A DNA stretch of 64,000 bases, taken from Arenicellales bacterium. Lineage in GTDB: Bacteria > Pseudomonadota > Gammaproteobacteria > Arenicellales > JAJDZL01. The position numbers and the translations under genes were made by a program. The notes under the pieces are model-generated. The model was not told the DNA's origin. It was given only the letters and a program-made list of their open reading frames with translations, and did not search any database. This document shows positions 35,798 to 45,171 of the stretch, in pieces; within the stretch, counting starts at the first letter, position 1; every line of letters starts with the position of its first letter. The stretch covers positions 1,408,548 to 1,472,547 of the forward strand of contig OZ244840.1 in NCBI GenBank assembly GCA_965220725.1, read 5' to 3'.

Positions 35798-37192
35798 CTA
35801 GCGTTCCCTGGTCTTCCGGGCGACTGTGTTTCTACTCCATCCCAGGATCTCCCCGGTTTTCTGTTTCGAGCCATCCGTGCTTTCCAATGCGCACTCCAGC
35901 AGGATTCGCTCGATCTCGTTCCTGATCATGCCGTCCTGTGTGAAGTGATCCAATTCCAGCATATTTCCGATCGCCCGGCGCAGGAACTGCTCCCACTCCG
36001 GCTGGGTGCTTAGACTGTCAAGCCTGTAACGGATTTGCTCGATATAGTCAGGGAGGTCGTGTGACATGATCAATCGCGAGGGACTCATCACAGTGACCGA
36101 GCGGCAGAAATTCTCTATCTCGCGGACATTGCCTGGCCATGGGTACGCGCAAAGGATATCCAGGGCATCGTCCGCAAACGATTTCTCCTCAACGTCCAAC
36201 TGTATCGCGGCCTGCTGCATGAAGTGGCGGATCAGCAACGGCACATCGTTGCCTCGGTTGCGTACCGGAGCCAGCGCGATACGCACGACGTTGAGTCTGT
36301 GAAAAAGATCGGTACGAAACGCCTTTTTCTCAACCTGTTCTTCAAGGTCCTGATTGGTTGCGGCAATGATGCGCACATCGACGCTGATTTCGTTGACACC
36401 CCCGACGCGGTAGAACTTTCCCTCTGACATCACCCGCAATAATCGGCTCTGAAGATCACGCGGCATGTCGCCGATCTCATCCAAAAAAAGCGTGCCGGTG
36501 TTCGCCTGCTCGAATCGTCCCACGCGTCGGTAGTTGGCGCCGGTAAACGCGCCTTTCTCATGCCCGAAAAGCTCCGATTCCAGAAGATCGGTCGGAATCG
36601 CCGCTGCGTTGATGGCGATGAAAGGATGATTTTTTCTCCGGCTGTTTTCGTACAGCGCCCGGGCCACCAGTTCCTTGCCGGTTCCCGACTCTCCGGTGAT
36701 GAGTACATTAAGGTCTGACCTGGACAGTCGGCCGATTGCCCGAAACACCTCCTGCATGGCTGCGGATTCTCCGATCATCAAAGTCGGACTCGGGTGTTCC
36801 ACCACAACCTCGTCGCTTGCAATCTCATCCATGACCTGCCTGATCAGGGTGACCGCGACGTCAATGTCAAACGGTTTGGGCAGATGCTCCCGGGCGCCGC
36901 GCTGAAACGACTCCACGGTGGTGTCAAGATCCGAGTAGGCGGTCATCACGATAACCGGCAGTTCCGGATTGCGTTGATGGACTCTCTCCAGAAATGTCAG
37001 TCCGTCAATTCCTTCCATGCGAATGTCGGTGACGATGACTTCGGGCAGCTCGTGATCGAAATGACTCAACGCATCATCGGCGCTGACGAAACTGCGCGCC
37101 AGGATGCCTTCCTTCTTGAGTGCCTTGGTCAGCACCCAGCGGATTGACTGATCATCGTCGATGATCCAAACCGGTTCGGCCGGGCCTGTCAT
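35798..37192 (-). CDS. glnG: Sigma-54-dependent response regulator NtrC (NR-I)
   Basis: 464 aa. It has a receiver domain (VWIIDDD...VTDIRMEG), an AAA+ sigma-54 activator core (GESGTGKE, GAFTGA, ESELFGHEKGAFTGA) and a C-terminal HTH. It overlaps the ntrB stop by 4 nt and lies downstream of glnA. Confidence 0.9.
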   Translation of the reverse strand: MTGPAEPVWIIDDDQSIRWVLTKALKKEGILARSFVSADDALSHFDHELPEVIVTDIRMEGIDGLTFLERVHQRNPELPVIVMTAYSDLDTTVESFQRGAREHLPKPFDIDVAVTLIRQVMDEIASDEVVVEHPSPTLMIGESAAMQEVFRAIGRLSRSDLNVLITGESGTGKELVARALYENSRRKNHPFIAINAAAIPTDLLESELFGHEKGAFTGANYRRVGRFEQANTGTLFLDEIGDMPRDLQSRLLRVMSEGKFYRVGGVNEISVDVRIIAATNQDLEEQVEKKAFRTDLFHRLNVVRIALAPVRNRGNDVPLLIRHFMQQAAIQLDVEEKSFADDALDILCAYPWPGNVREIENFCRSVTVMSPSRLIMSHDLPDYIEQIRYRLDSLSTQPEWEQFLRRAIGNMLELDHFTQDGMIRNEIERILLECALESTDGSKQKTGEILGWSRNTVARKTRER

Positions 37193-38337
37193 AGCGCAGC
37201 CCCGTTCTGTTCGACCGGTTCCAGAGATTGGATGGTTGCCTGATTCGCAAACTTGAGCAACACCGTGAAACGCGTTCGTCCAGGCACACTGTCACAGGTG
37301 ACCGACCCGTCATGACGCGTGATGATCTGTCGGACGATGGCAAGTCCCAAGCCCTCTCCTTTGGGTTTGCTGGTGATCAGGGGGAAGAATATCTGCTCGG
37401 CGAGTCCTTGCGGAATGCCAGGCCCATTATCCTCAACATCAATTCTCGCCGCGCTCTGGAAGCGATTCCTGCCCAGAGTGACTTGCCGTTCGACCCGGGT
37501 GCGGATGACAATCCGTCCTGCACGCTCAAAAGCCTCGACCGCATTGCGCACGATGTTGATGAACACCTGGATCAGCTGCTCCTGGTCGCCCAGCACCTCG
37601 GGCAGGCTCGGGTCATAGTCCCGAACGATCTTGAGATCGTGCGGATTCTCCGCATGAGCGAGCTTGCAGACATGCTCGAGAATTCTGTGTATGTTGAAAC
37701 TGGTCATGTCAAGCGGAGTCTGCGGTCCGGACATCTCATCGACAAGACTGCACAGTCGGTCAGTTTCCCTGACGATGACACGGGTGTATTCTGTCAGTTC
37801 GGGATGATCATCCAGCTCGGCTTCAAGCAGCTGGGCTGCCCCTCGCAACCCGCCCAGGGGGTTTTTGATTTCGTGGGCAACGGCGCGCAACACTTCTGAG
37901 TTGGCTGTCTGACCGGTGGCGGCTGAGTTCTCCAGCAACCGTTTCACCACCTCGTTGACTTCATTGAATTCCAGGATCAGGTGGGTCGAGCCCGCGATGG
38001 ATGTGGGCGTCAGCATGCAGTCCACCAGTCTCACCCGGCGCGAGGAATCCAGAAACTCAGCGTGGCGCAGGGTACTGGATTGAGATTCCTTCAGACATCG
38101 ACTAAGGAAGGCCTGACTGTCATTCTGTTTGAAAAAAGCGAGGACGGTTTTCCCCAGCACCTGATTTTCGCTGACGTCGAGGAGGGTCTGGGCGGCGGGG
38201 TTCAGCAGTACGATGTCCAACCGATCGTCACAGACTACAATGGCGGTCCCCAGTTCATCCAGCACTGCTGATGATCCGAGAACATTATCGACCGGGTTGG
38301 GTGTCGTGTCCGTTCGAACAGTCATTTCAATATCCAA
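37189..38337 (-). CDS. glnL: Nitrogen-regulation sensor histidine kinase NtrB (NR-II)
   Basis: 382 aa. PAS-like N-terminus, H-box (VAHEIKNPLGGLRGAAQLL) and N/G boxes (DNGPGIP, GLGLAIV). Operon position is between glnA and ntrC. Confidence 0.9.
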   Translation of the reverse strand: MDIEMTVRTDTTPNPVDNVLGSSAVLDELGTAIVVCDDRLDIVLLNPAAQTLLDVSENQVLGKTVLAFFKQNDSQAFLSRCLKESQSSTLRHAEFLDSSRRVRLVDCMLTPTSIAGSTHLILEFNEVNEVVKRLLENSAATGQTANSEVLRAVAHEIKNPLGGLRGAAQLLEAELDDHPELTEYTRVIVRETDRLCSLVDEMSGPQTPLDMTSFNIHRILEHVCKLAHAENPHDLKIVRDYDPSLPEVLGDQEQLIQVFINIVRNAVEAFERAGRIVIRTRVERQVTLGRNRFQSAARIDVEDNGPGIPQGLAEQIFFPLITSKPKGEGLGLAIVRQIITRHDGSVTCDSVPGRTRFTVLLKFANQATIQSLEPVEQNGAAL

Positions 38338-38373
38338 TGTTCCGTCATCGCATGTGTTGGAAGATGACGGGGG

Positions 38374-38417
38374 AACCCGAAATCCGGCAATTGCGATGGA
38401 TTGCCGGATTTCGGGTT
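38374..38417 (-). terminator. Perfect 18-bp stem-loop in the glnA-ntrB spacer
   Basis: aacccgaaatccggcaat (38374-38391) / 8-nt loop / attgccggatttcgggtt (38400-38417). It lies downstream of glnA and upstream of ntrB. The 3' flank on the transcribed strand is C-rich rather than U-rich. Confidence 0.5.
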
Positions 38418-38486
38418 GCGGTCAAGCGTGTCAGCCAGCAGGAGTCATTTCAAAACCAAATCTGAAAATTGAGATCTCCTGTCTGA

Positions 38487-39896
38487 TCAACCACTATAGT
38501 ACATTTCAAATTCCAGCGGATGCGTCACCAACTGCATGGCATCGACATCCTCGGACAACAGTCCGATATAGGAGTCGATGGCGTTGTCGGTGAAGACACC
38601 GCCCTCTTTGAGAAAGTCCCGATCGGAGTCCAGGGCTTCCAGCGCCTGGCGCAGCGATGCCGCAACGTGCGGGATTTTTCTCTCTTCTTCCCGGGACAGC
38701 TCATACAGATCGACCTCGACGGGCAGGCCCGGATCGATCTTGTTCTTGATGCCATCCAAGCCAGCCATCAGCATGGCCGAGAAGGCCAGATAGGGATTTG
38801 CCAGCGGATCCGGAAATCGCACCTCAACCCGACGCCCGCCTGCCGGTGAGTAGGGAATACGCACCGATGCGGACCGGTTGTAGGCTGAGTACTGCAGCAG
38901 ATTCGGTGCCTCAAAACCCGGTACCAGGCGCTTGTAGCTGTTGGTTGAGGGGTTCGTGAAGGCATTCAATGCCCGGGCGTGCTTGAATATGCCGCCAATG
39001 TAGTGCAGTGCCATCTCACTGAGTCCGCAATGATCATCGCCAGCAAACAGGTTCTTGCCATCCTTGAACAGTGACTGATGGGTATGCATGCCCGAGCCAT
39101 TGTCCCCGACCAGCGGTTTGGGCATGAATGTCGCCGTCATGCCGTGCGCAGCCGCAACGTTCTTGACGCAGAACTTGTAGATCTGTGTCCGGTCTGCCAT
39201 CTTGACAAGACTGTTGTACTTGACACCGATCTCACCCTGGCCGGCGGTTGCCACCTCGTGATGGTGTTTCTCAACATCGACGCCCATCGAGATCATGGCC
39301 TGGCACATGGCCGCCCGGATATCGCTCATCGAGTCAATGGGCGGAACCGGAAAATAGCCCCCCTTGACGGATGGCCGGTGCCCCAGGTTGGGTCCTTCAT
39401 CGAAGTCATGGGCGCTGTTCCATGCCCCCTCATAGGAGTTGATTTCATAGAACGCGCTTTCCATGGAAGTGTTCCAGCGAACACCGTCAAACACGAAAAA
39501 CTCAGGTTCCGGACCGAAGTAGGCGGTGTCGGCAATACCGGACGCAACGAGGTGATCCTCGGCCTTCTGTCCGATGCTTCTTGGGTCCTTGTCGTACCAC
39601 TCATCCGTGGTCGGGTTGTAGATGCTGCACCGAATCACGACCGTCGGTTCCTGCGTAAAGGGATCGACGATTGCCGCGGTCGGGTCCAGCCGCATGGCCA
39701 TGTCCGACTGATTGATCGGCTGCCATCCGGCGATGGACGAGCCATCGAACATCACATTCTCGTCGAACATCTCCTCGGAGAATGCGGATATGGGTAAATC
39801 CAGGTGCTGGACTGTACCCCGCGTATCCGTAAATCGCAGACTGACGAACTTGGCATCAATATCCTTGATCATCTGCATAACACTTTCAACTGACAT
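38487..39896 (-). CDS. glnA: Glutamine synthetase, type I
   Basis: The track ORF starts at TTG 39914, but ATG 39896 is preceded by GGAGG at about 9 nt and gives 469 aa ([12 protein letters not shown]...). GS-I motifs are present (FDGSSI, the adenylylation-region NLYELS-like DLYELS, and the ATP-site [16 protein letters not shown]). Confidence 0.93.
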   Translation of the reverse strand: MSVESVMQMIKDIDAKFVSLRFTDTRGTVQHLDLPISAFSEEMFDENVMFDGSSIAGWQPINQSDMAMRLDPTAAIVDPFTQEPTVVIRCSIYNPTTDEWYDKDPRSIGQKAEDHLVASGIADTAYFGPEPEFFVFDGVRWNTSMESAFYEINSYEGAWNSAHDFDEGPNLGHRPSVKGGYFPVPPIDSMSDIRAAMCQAMISMGVDVEKHHHEVATAGQGEIGVKYNSLVKMADRTQIYKFCVKNVAAAHGMTATFMPKPLVGDNGSGMHTHQSLFKDGKNLFAGDDHCGLSEMALHYIGGIFKHARALNAFTNPSTNSYKRLVPGFEAPNLLQYSAYNRSASVRIPYSPAGGRRVEVRFPDPLANPYLAFSAMLMAGLDGIKNKIDPGLPVEVDLYELSREEERKIPHVAASLRQALEALDSDRDFLKEGGVFTDNAIDSYIGLLSEDVDAMQLVTHPLEFEMYYSG

Positions 39897-39946
39897 TACT
39901 CTTGACCTCCACAAGTACTATAGGTTGATACATCAACCTATTTAAC

Positions 39947-39963
39947 AGCAATATTCATGCCAA
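39947..39963 (-). promoter_or_regulatory. Sigma-54 (-24/-12) promoter for glnA
   Basis: The minus strand reads TTGGCATGAATATTGCT. This matches TGGCAC-N5-TTGCW with correct GG/GC spacing and one mismatch, about 50 nt upstream of the glnA ATG. Confidence 0.7.
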
Positions 39964-40002
39964 CTATTTCTGTCCAAAATATACAGATTGGATACTATTT
40001 TA

Positions 40003-40049
40003 CGCGCAAAAATGGTGCATTCGATAAAAATATGCACCATTTTATAGCA
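40003..40049. promoter_or_regulatory. Putative NtrC enhancer sites upstream of glnA
   Basis: CGCGCAAAAATGGTGCA (40003-40019) and TGCACCATTTTATAGCA (40033-40049) resemble the TGCACC-N5-GGTGCA NtrC consensus. The inner half-sites form a perfect 10-bp inverted repeat (aatggtgcat ... atgcaccatt). The sites lie about 70-115 nt upstream of the sigma-54 promoter. Confidence 0.6.
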
Positions 40050-40184
40050 GTACGGTTGCAGTGCAGGGTTGGACCAGGTCGAAAATGTCGGAGATCATTT
40101 GCCGGACGTGGTTTTCAACTGTGTCATTCCCGAAATCTGTCCAGTTGAATTGTGCTGACTGTTCGGCGCAATGCCCGTTTTAAT

Positions 40185-40418
40185 CTAGCGGCACACCTGC
40201 AAGCGAACGATGGATTGGTTGCCGCGCGATTCAGTCCCAAGCAGTTTGTGGCCGTGGATTCTGCACCAGGCGGGAATATCGACCAGTGCGCCGGGGTCGG
40301 TACACACCACTTCGAGTACCTGACCGTGATCCAGCAATGCTACGTTTTCCTGGGTACGGATGACGGGCATCGGGCAGATCAGATTGGTTGCATCCAGTGT
40401 CTGGTCTACACGTACCAT
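40185..40418 (-). CDS. TusA/SirA-family sulfur-carrier protein
   Basis: 77 aa from ATG 40418 (MVRVDQTLDATNLICPMPVIRT...), with the CPxP active-site motif and overall TusA length. The track embeds it in a longer, implausible 169-aa ORF. Confidence 0.8.
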   Translation of the reverse strand: MVRVDQTLDATNLICPMPVIRTQENVALLDHGQVLEVVCTDPGALVDIPAWCRIHGHKLLGTESRGNQSIVRLQVCR

Positions 40419-41449
40419 GGTTTGGGTATCTCGGTTGGATGCATGGGAGACACGGTGAGTGCCTGCTGCGTGCCGTCCTGACGGGTGAAACAGACATCGA
40501 CCTGGTCTGCATCGCGGGAACTGCCGAAGCGGGCGACCAGACGCGCTGCCATCTCCAGATCGGCATCCGGAATGTCGCCATCGACCAGTGTCAGCGGACC
40601 GCTGTGACTGGTAATGGCAAAGTGCGCAAAATGAGACCGATATCCGCTTAAGTATTGGGTTTCTCCTGAGTCCCTGGCGATAATCAGCTTCCACTCACTC
40701 TTGGGACGAAGATGACGACCGACTTTAAGCAGCATGATGTCGTCGAGTTCATAATTCCGTTCGGACCGATGATTCCAGAAGTCCTTAAGTTTCCTCGAAT
40801 ACGACTCATCGGTCAGGAAGCAACAGCCACCGGCCGGTTGTGCGAATCCCTCGATCCCCAACTGGGTCGCGAGATCGATTTGTCTTCTGCGCCCCCTGCC
40901 GCAAAAGTCAAACAGCTGTTCCCGGTCAACCCATCCTGCGCGTTCCGGCAGGGTCGGTGCCAGCAGTTTGGCACTCAGCGGTCGCAACAGGCGATCGAAC
41001 GCGCCGGACTCGCGGGCGACAATCGGAAATGTGGAGCGACGTTGGGATTTGGGGCGCTGCCCCAACACCTCACCGGTGACAATGAAGTCAAAACCGTTTG
41101 CTTCCATCCACTGTCTTGCGCGGCCGACCATGAATCCCTTGCAGTCAAGACATGGGTTGAGATTGGCGCCATAGCCATGGCTTGGATTAAGGACAATGTT
41201 CTTATATGGTTCAATGGCGTCGATGATGTGGAGCTTGATTCCGATGTGCTCTGCCGCCCACAGTGCGTTGTTACGCTTTTGTTTCTTGCGATCCTTGTTT
41301 CTGATGGCGTGGGTGTGTCCCTCTACGCAGAAACCGGTGAAGATATTGAGACCTTCAACGTGAATTCCCTGTTCCTGCAAGACGCGCGCAGCCAGCATGG
41401 AGTCGAGACCACCGGAGATCAGTGCTACTGCTTTTCTTTGGGTTTTCAT
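40406..41449 (-). CDS. PP-loop ATP pyrophosphatase, ThiI/MnmA-like, lacking a THUMP domain
   Basis: PP-loop ALISGGLDS near the N-terminus. NPCLDCKGFM...FIVTGEVLGQRPKSQ resembles the ThiI/MnmA adenylation core, and a later GGCCF cysteine pair is present. ATG 41449 is preferred over TTG 41470. Its 3' end overlaps the tusA-like start by 13 nt. Confidence 0.7.
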   Translation of the reverse strand: MKTQRKAVALISGGLDSMLAARVLQEQGIHVEGLNIFTGFCVEGHTHAIRNKDRKKQKRNNALWAAEHIGIKLHIIDAIEPYKNIVLNPSHGYGANLNPCLDCKGFMVGRARQWMEANGFDFIVTGEVLGQRPKSQRRSTFPIVARESGAFDRLLRPLSAKLLAPTLPERAGWVDREQLFDFCGRGRRRQIDLATQLGIEGFAQPAGGCCFLTDESYSRKLKDFWNHRSERNYELDDIMLLKVGRHLRPKSEWKLIIARDSGETQYLSGYRSHFAHFAITSHSGPLTLVDGDIPDADLEMAARLVARFGSSRDADQVDVCFTRQDGTQQALTVSPMHPTEIPKPWYV

Positions 41450-41778
41450 GGCTACGCGAGAACAGGACAATTGCTAGTATTTTATCAATTCAGATGTCAT
41501 TAGGCTTTAATTGGGAAGACTTCGGTTTAGTCGGATCAATTGAATCGGCCAGCGTTTACGGCGTCTCAACTTTACTGACAATCCTACTGATAGAGGCAGT
41601 TCATGGAATCGACCGAGTTCATTAATGTAGTAAAATCAATTGTAATAGATTACTTTGAACGCCTCCCTTATGGTGTGGCACCAAATTGAGGACTAAAAGA
41701 GATTTTTAGCCAGATCAGGTACGCATAATCCAAATTTTGCATTTGATGATGGTAACCTAGACTTTACCAACCTAGAGT

Positions 41779-42870
41779 ATGTCGGAAATCGAACTACGCA
41801 TCGACGCCAAGGGATCCGAATCAATTGGGAATTCCTCGGGCAATACGTGTTCTGAAATTTCACGCAGTTTCGAAAGGTTCGAAAACTCAACAATCCATTT
41901 TGGTAAAGCTGAGTCGTTTTACAACGTTTGGCCTACTCCAATTTGTATCGTGTCTGACGGCCCATATGGTGTTTCAGGATACCCTGGAGATCTGCATTCC
42001 GTAACTGAATTGGCAGAGTGGTATAAACCGCATGTTGCAAAGTGGTCTGAAAGAGCAAGCACTCAGACCACCCTTTGGTTTTGGAACAGCGAACTAGGAT
42101 GGGCTACAGTTCATCCATTGATATCAGAAAGCGGCTGGGAATATCGAAGCTGTCACATCTGGGACAAGGGACTAGCTCACGTTGCTGGAAATTCAAACAC
42201 AGCCACACTTAGGAAGTATCCGGTTACTACAGAGGTGTGTGTTCAGTACGTGAGAAGACCGGATTTCATTTCTAGTGATGGTGAGTCCATCACGATGCAG
42301 CAATGGCTGCGTAGCGAATGGAAGCGGTCGGGACTGACGTTTCGTGTTGCGAATGATGCTTGTGGAACTGCAAACGCAGCTACTCGAAAATACCTTACAG
42401 CCGACCATATGTGGTATTTCCCTCCACCAAAAGCTTTTGCTTTGCTTTCAGACTATGCGAACACACATGGTCATCCACAAGGTAGGCCTTATTTCAGTGT
42501 TGACGGTCAACGACCGATATCGGAATTGGAGTGGAGCAAAATGCGTGCCAAGTTCAAGTGCCAGATAGGAATTACCAATGTCTGGCGAATGCCGCACGTT
42601 AGCGGGAGTGAACGAATCAATGGCGAGCGGCAGCGGATGCGCTGGAAGTACCGAAGCCTTCACGGCAGTCAAAAGCCTCTTGATCTGATCAGCTTGTGTA
42701 TTGACGCAACGACAGACCCAGATGACGTTGTATGGGAACCATTCGGTGGACTGTGTCCGTCCGCCGTGGCATCTTTGAAGCTTGGAAGAAGTTGCTACAG
42801 CGCTGAAATTGTCGAAGAATTCTACGATGCTGCTGTACGCAGACTTGCAAGTGCCTCAAAACGAAACTAA
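41779..42870 (+). CDS. Type II DNA methyltransferase (beta-class N4/N6, PF01555-like)
   Basis: 363 aa. A motif IV-like IVSDGPYG lies near the N-terminus. HGSQKPLDLISLCI...DVVWEPFGGLCPSAVASLKLGRSCYSAEI (AdoMet motif I region) lies near the C-terminus, which is the beta-class permutation. The gene is AT-richer than its flanks. Confidence 0.8.
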   Translation: MSEIELRIDAKGSESIGNSSGNTCSEISRSFERFENSTIHFGKAESFYNVWPTPICIVSDGPYGVSGYPGDLHSVTELAEWYKPHVAKWSERASTQTTLWFWNSELGWATVHPLISESGWEYRSCHIWDKGLAHVAGNSNTATLRKYPVTTEVCVQYVRRPDFISSDGESITMQQWLRSEWKRSGLTFRVANDACGTANAATRKYLTADHMWYFPPPKAFALLSDYANTHGHPQGRPYFSVDGQRPISELEWSKMRAKFKCQIGITNVWRMPHVSGSERINGERQRMRWKYRSLHGSQKPLDLISLCIDATTDPDDVVWEPFGGLCPSAVASLKLGRSCYSAEIVEEFYDAAVRRLASASKRN

Positions 42871-43630
42871 TTCAATTATTCCCTACGATTGGGAACACTT
42901 TCCTCTTTGGAAAAGTGTCCGTCAAGCACTGTACTCCTGCCCTGATCACTTTGTCACCTCGACAAACATTGAAGGATTATTGGCAACAGACATTTTTACA
43001 CTTAATACCTCTTTAGGTGCGACGATCGAAGAGTCAGTTGTAAAGACACTGAATGGTATGAGAGCTGTATGGGATCCGTTGGGGAACTATCAAACTTATT
43101 CTTTTGTCAGGCAGACTGAGACGTTTCCCGATGTGATTCTGCGAGAGACTGTCAATGGCAGTGCAATTCTTCTCGGAATCGAGTTGAAAGGTTGGTATCT
43201 GCTTGCCAAGGAAGAAGTGCCGACATTTCGATTTACAGTAACTGAGTCCGCCTGCAATCCTTGGGATTTGCTCGTAGTTGTTCCGTGGACATTGTCCAAT
43301 GTCCTGGCTGGTACACCAGTTCTTTACAAGCCTTTTGTACAGAGCTCTCTTTTCTGTGCGAAAAGACGCAACTACTATTGGATACACGAGAGGGAATCAG
43401 TTGCAGACCGGGGAGAAATTATCGAGCCTGAGAATGTTAGCCCTTATCCATTGAAAACCGACAGAATCAGCGATAAGGCTACAGAAGACAGCGGTAGCAA
43501 TTTTGGTAGACTGGCTCGTTATGGTGTGATGGATGAATACCTTAGAGAGGTGCGCGATACCCTTATTCGTGGAATCCCAGCAAGGGAATGGCAAACATTC
43601 TTCAGGAGTCAAATGAAAGACAGGAACTGA
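42827..43630 (+). CDS. Putative type II restriction endonuclease (PD-(D/E)xK)
   Basis: 267 aa from ATG 42827, overlapping the methyltransferase 3' end. ETFPDVIL-x12-LLGIELKGW fits PD...(D/E)xK. It sits immediately downstream of the MTase. Recognition specificity is unknown. Confidence 0.6.
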   Translation: MLLYADLQVPQNETNSIIPYDWEHFPLWKSVRQALYSCPDHFVTSTNIEGLLATDIFTLNTSLGATIEESVVKTLNGMRAVWDPLGNYQTYSFVRQTETFPDVILRETVNGSAILLGIELKGWYLLAKEEVPTFRFTVTESACNPWDLLVVVPWTLSNVLAGTPVLYKPFVQSSLFCAKRRNYYWIHERESVADRGEIIEPENVSPYPLKTDRISDKATEDSGSNFGRLARYGVMDEYLREVRDTLIRGIPAREWQTFFRSQMKDRN

Positions 43631-43767
43631 CACCATGTGTTCAGACAAAACCGTGAGTTGACTAAATTCACAACATCATCTGACTTCCCGAACAAAACTC
43701 TCGCACATCAAGGCGTGAATCCACCACTAAACTGAACATTCATCATCAACTAATCTTGAAACTTGGC

Positions 43768-44673
43768 TTATCGGTTCGCTTTTTGTATGAAACCCAATCC
43801 GACGAAAATCAGTATCGCCGCCACCCAGATTGTGAGTGGAAGAACCTCCTTGTACACATAAGCTCCAATCGCGATTCCAGATACCGTGACAAAATAAGTC
43901 GACTGGCTGGCGAACAGCGGACCTGAAAACTTCACCAGCGCGAACAAGGCCGTGTAGGCGATGGCTGTGACGATACCGTGATAGACGATCATCAACCCAA
44001 CCAAATCGAAACTTCGCCACAGGGGATAGATCGAATCGACGGTGCTGACGATCACGAACAGTGTGGCGGAACTGGTGACAGTCATGCCGGTGGACAGCTG
44101 CACGACTTCCAGTCCAGTCGGTTGAAACCGTCCGCTGCCCGCGATGAACATTGCATAGGTCGTTGGAGCCAGAAGCCCCAGCACGATGCCGAGAAAGGAA
44201 ATCGGCGCACTGCTGAACGCATTGGGAACAACGATGAAACAGGTACCGCAGAATCCAAGAATCACACCGATTGCTTTCAACTGATGCGGCTTTTCGCTGC
44301 GAATGGTCATGGCAAAAAGGTAGGTGGCAATCGGAGTGAGTGCGATAAACAGGGTCATCAAGCCGGCTGGAATGGTTCTGACAGCCGAGAACATGAATGT
44401 CTGCGGTAGTGTCAGACCAAAAAGACCGCACAGAAAATAAAATCCCGAGTGCTTCAACGGCGGGTGAATCGACCGTACCAGATTGATGGAAATCAGGATC
44501 ACGCTGGCCACCGTCATCACCCAGAAAGAATAATTGAACGGTGAGATTCCTTGGAGCGCGACATATTTCGCGCCATTGATGCTGCCACCCCACATTATTC
44601 CCAGCAGCAACAGACACAACACCGGGAGAACACTGCGAACGATGAAGGGGTGTCGCAGAATTTGGCGATTCAT
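43768..44673 (-). CDS. DMT-superfamily (EamA-like) transporter
   Basis: 301 aa with about 10 hydrophobic segments in two similar halves, typical of EamA-domain permeases. Confidence 0.75.
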   Translation of the reverse strand: MNRQILRHPFIVRSVLPVLCLLLLGIMWGGSINGAKYVALQGISPFNYSFWVMTVASVILISINLVRSIHPPLKHSGFYFLCGLFGLTLPQTFMFSAVRTIPAGLMTLFIALTPIATYLFAMTIRSEKPHQLKAIGVILGFCGTCFIVVPNAFSSAPISFLGIVLGLLAPTTYAMFIAGSGRFQPTGLEVVQLSTGMTVTSSATLFVIVSTVDSIYPLWRSFDLVGLMIVYHGIVTAIAYTALFALVKFSGPLFASQSTYFVTVSGIAIGAYVYKEVLPLTIWVAAILIFVGLGFIQKANR

Positions 44674-45171
44674 TCTGATCTTATTCCGAAAACAGAAGGA
44701 GGAATGGACTGATGAGTTAAAGAGTCACTAATTGATATCAGCGCAGGAATTGCTCACAGGCAGCACTCTGCATTGAGAGAATTCCAGTTTTCAATCACAG
44801 GAAAGCTCGCTTGCCTTTAGTAGCCGAATTCGAGTTGAATGTGGGAATCATCGGGTGCTTTACGGTAGTCGATTATCAGAAATGCAAACCTGTCGGAAGC
44901 GCTCTCATTTTACAGGAAGTCGATTGTCTCCCTGTACCGGTTGGTGATCGCTGCCGACCATAAACGAACGATTCGCAATAGCCTGGTTATCTTCCTGTGA
45001 GGTCTTAAGGGCATTCAACAGGAAAGTTCGGATTACCCTGTGTCGTTATAATGTTTGCAGTCCAAGCGGCGGGTGTCCGTGTGCGCGTTCAGAGGAACTT
45101 GAGATCAACCCGTGCAACTTGTGAACGCGGCATTTGGAAACCAATTCATTCAGGCTTTGTAGAGGATCCCC

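Noticed and set aside
40152-40694. Track ORFs 40185..40694(-) 169 aa and 40152..40481(+) 109 aa
   Set aside because: The 169-aa ORF is an upstream extension, overlapping the PP-loop gene in another frame, of the 77-aa TusA gene that starts at ATG 40418. The plus-strand ORF is antisense noise.
41668-41684. TGGCACCAAATTGAGG upstream of the methyltransferase as a sigma-54 promoter
   Set aside because: The -12 element is wrong or out of register (TTGA at a spacing one nt too short). No activator gene context is present.
44800-45040. Possible decayed minus-strand gene between the DMT transporter and glyQS (frames reading ...FAFLIIDYRKAPDDSHIQLEFGY* and ...LNALKTSQEDNQAIANRSF...)
   Set aside because: These are only short fragments in different frames, and I could not recognise a family. 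BLASTX would be needed, so it is not reported as a feature.
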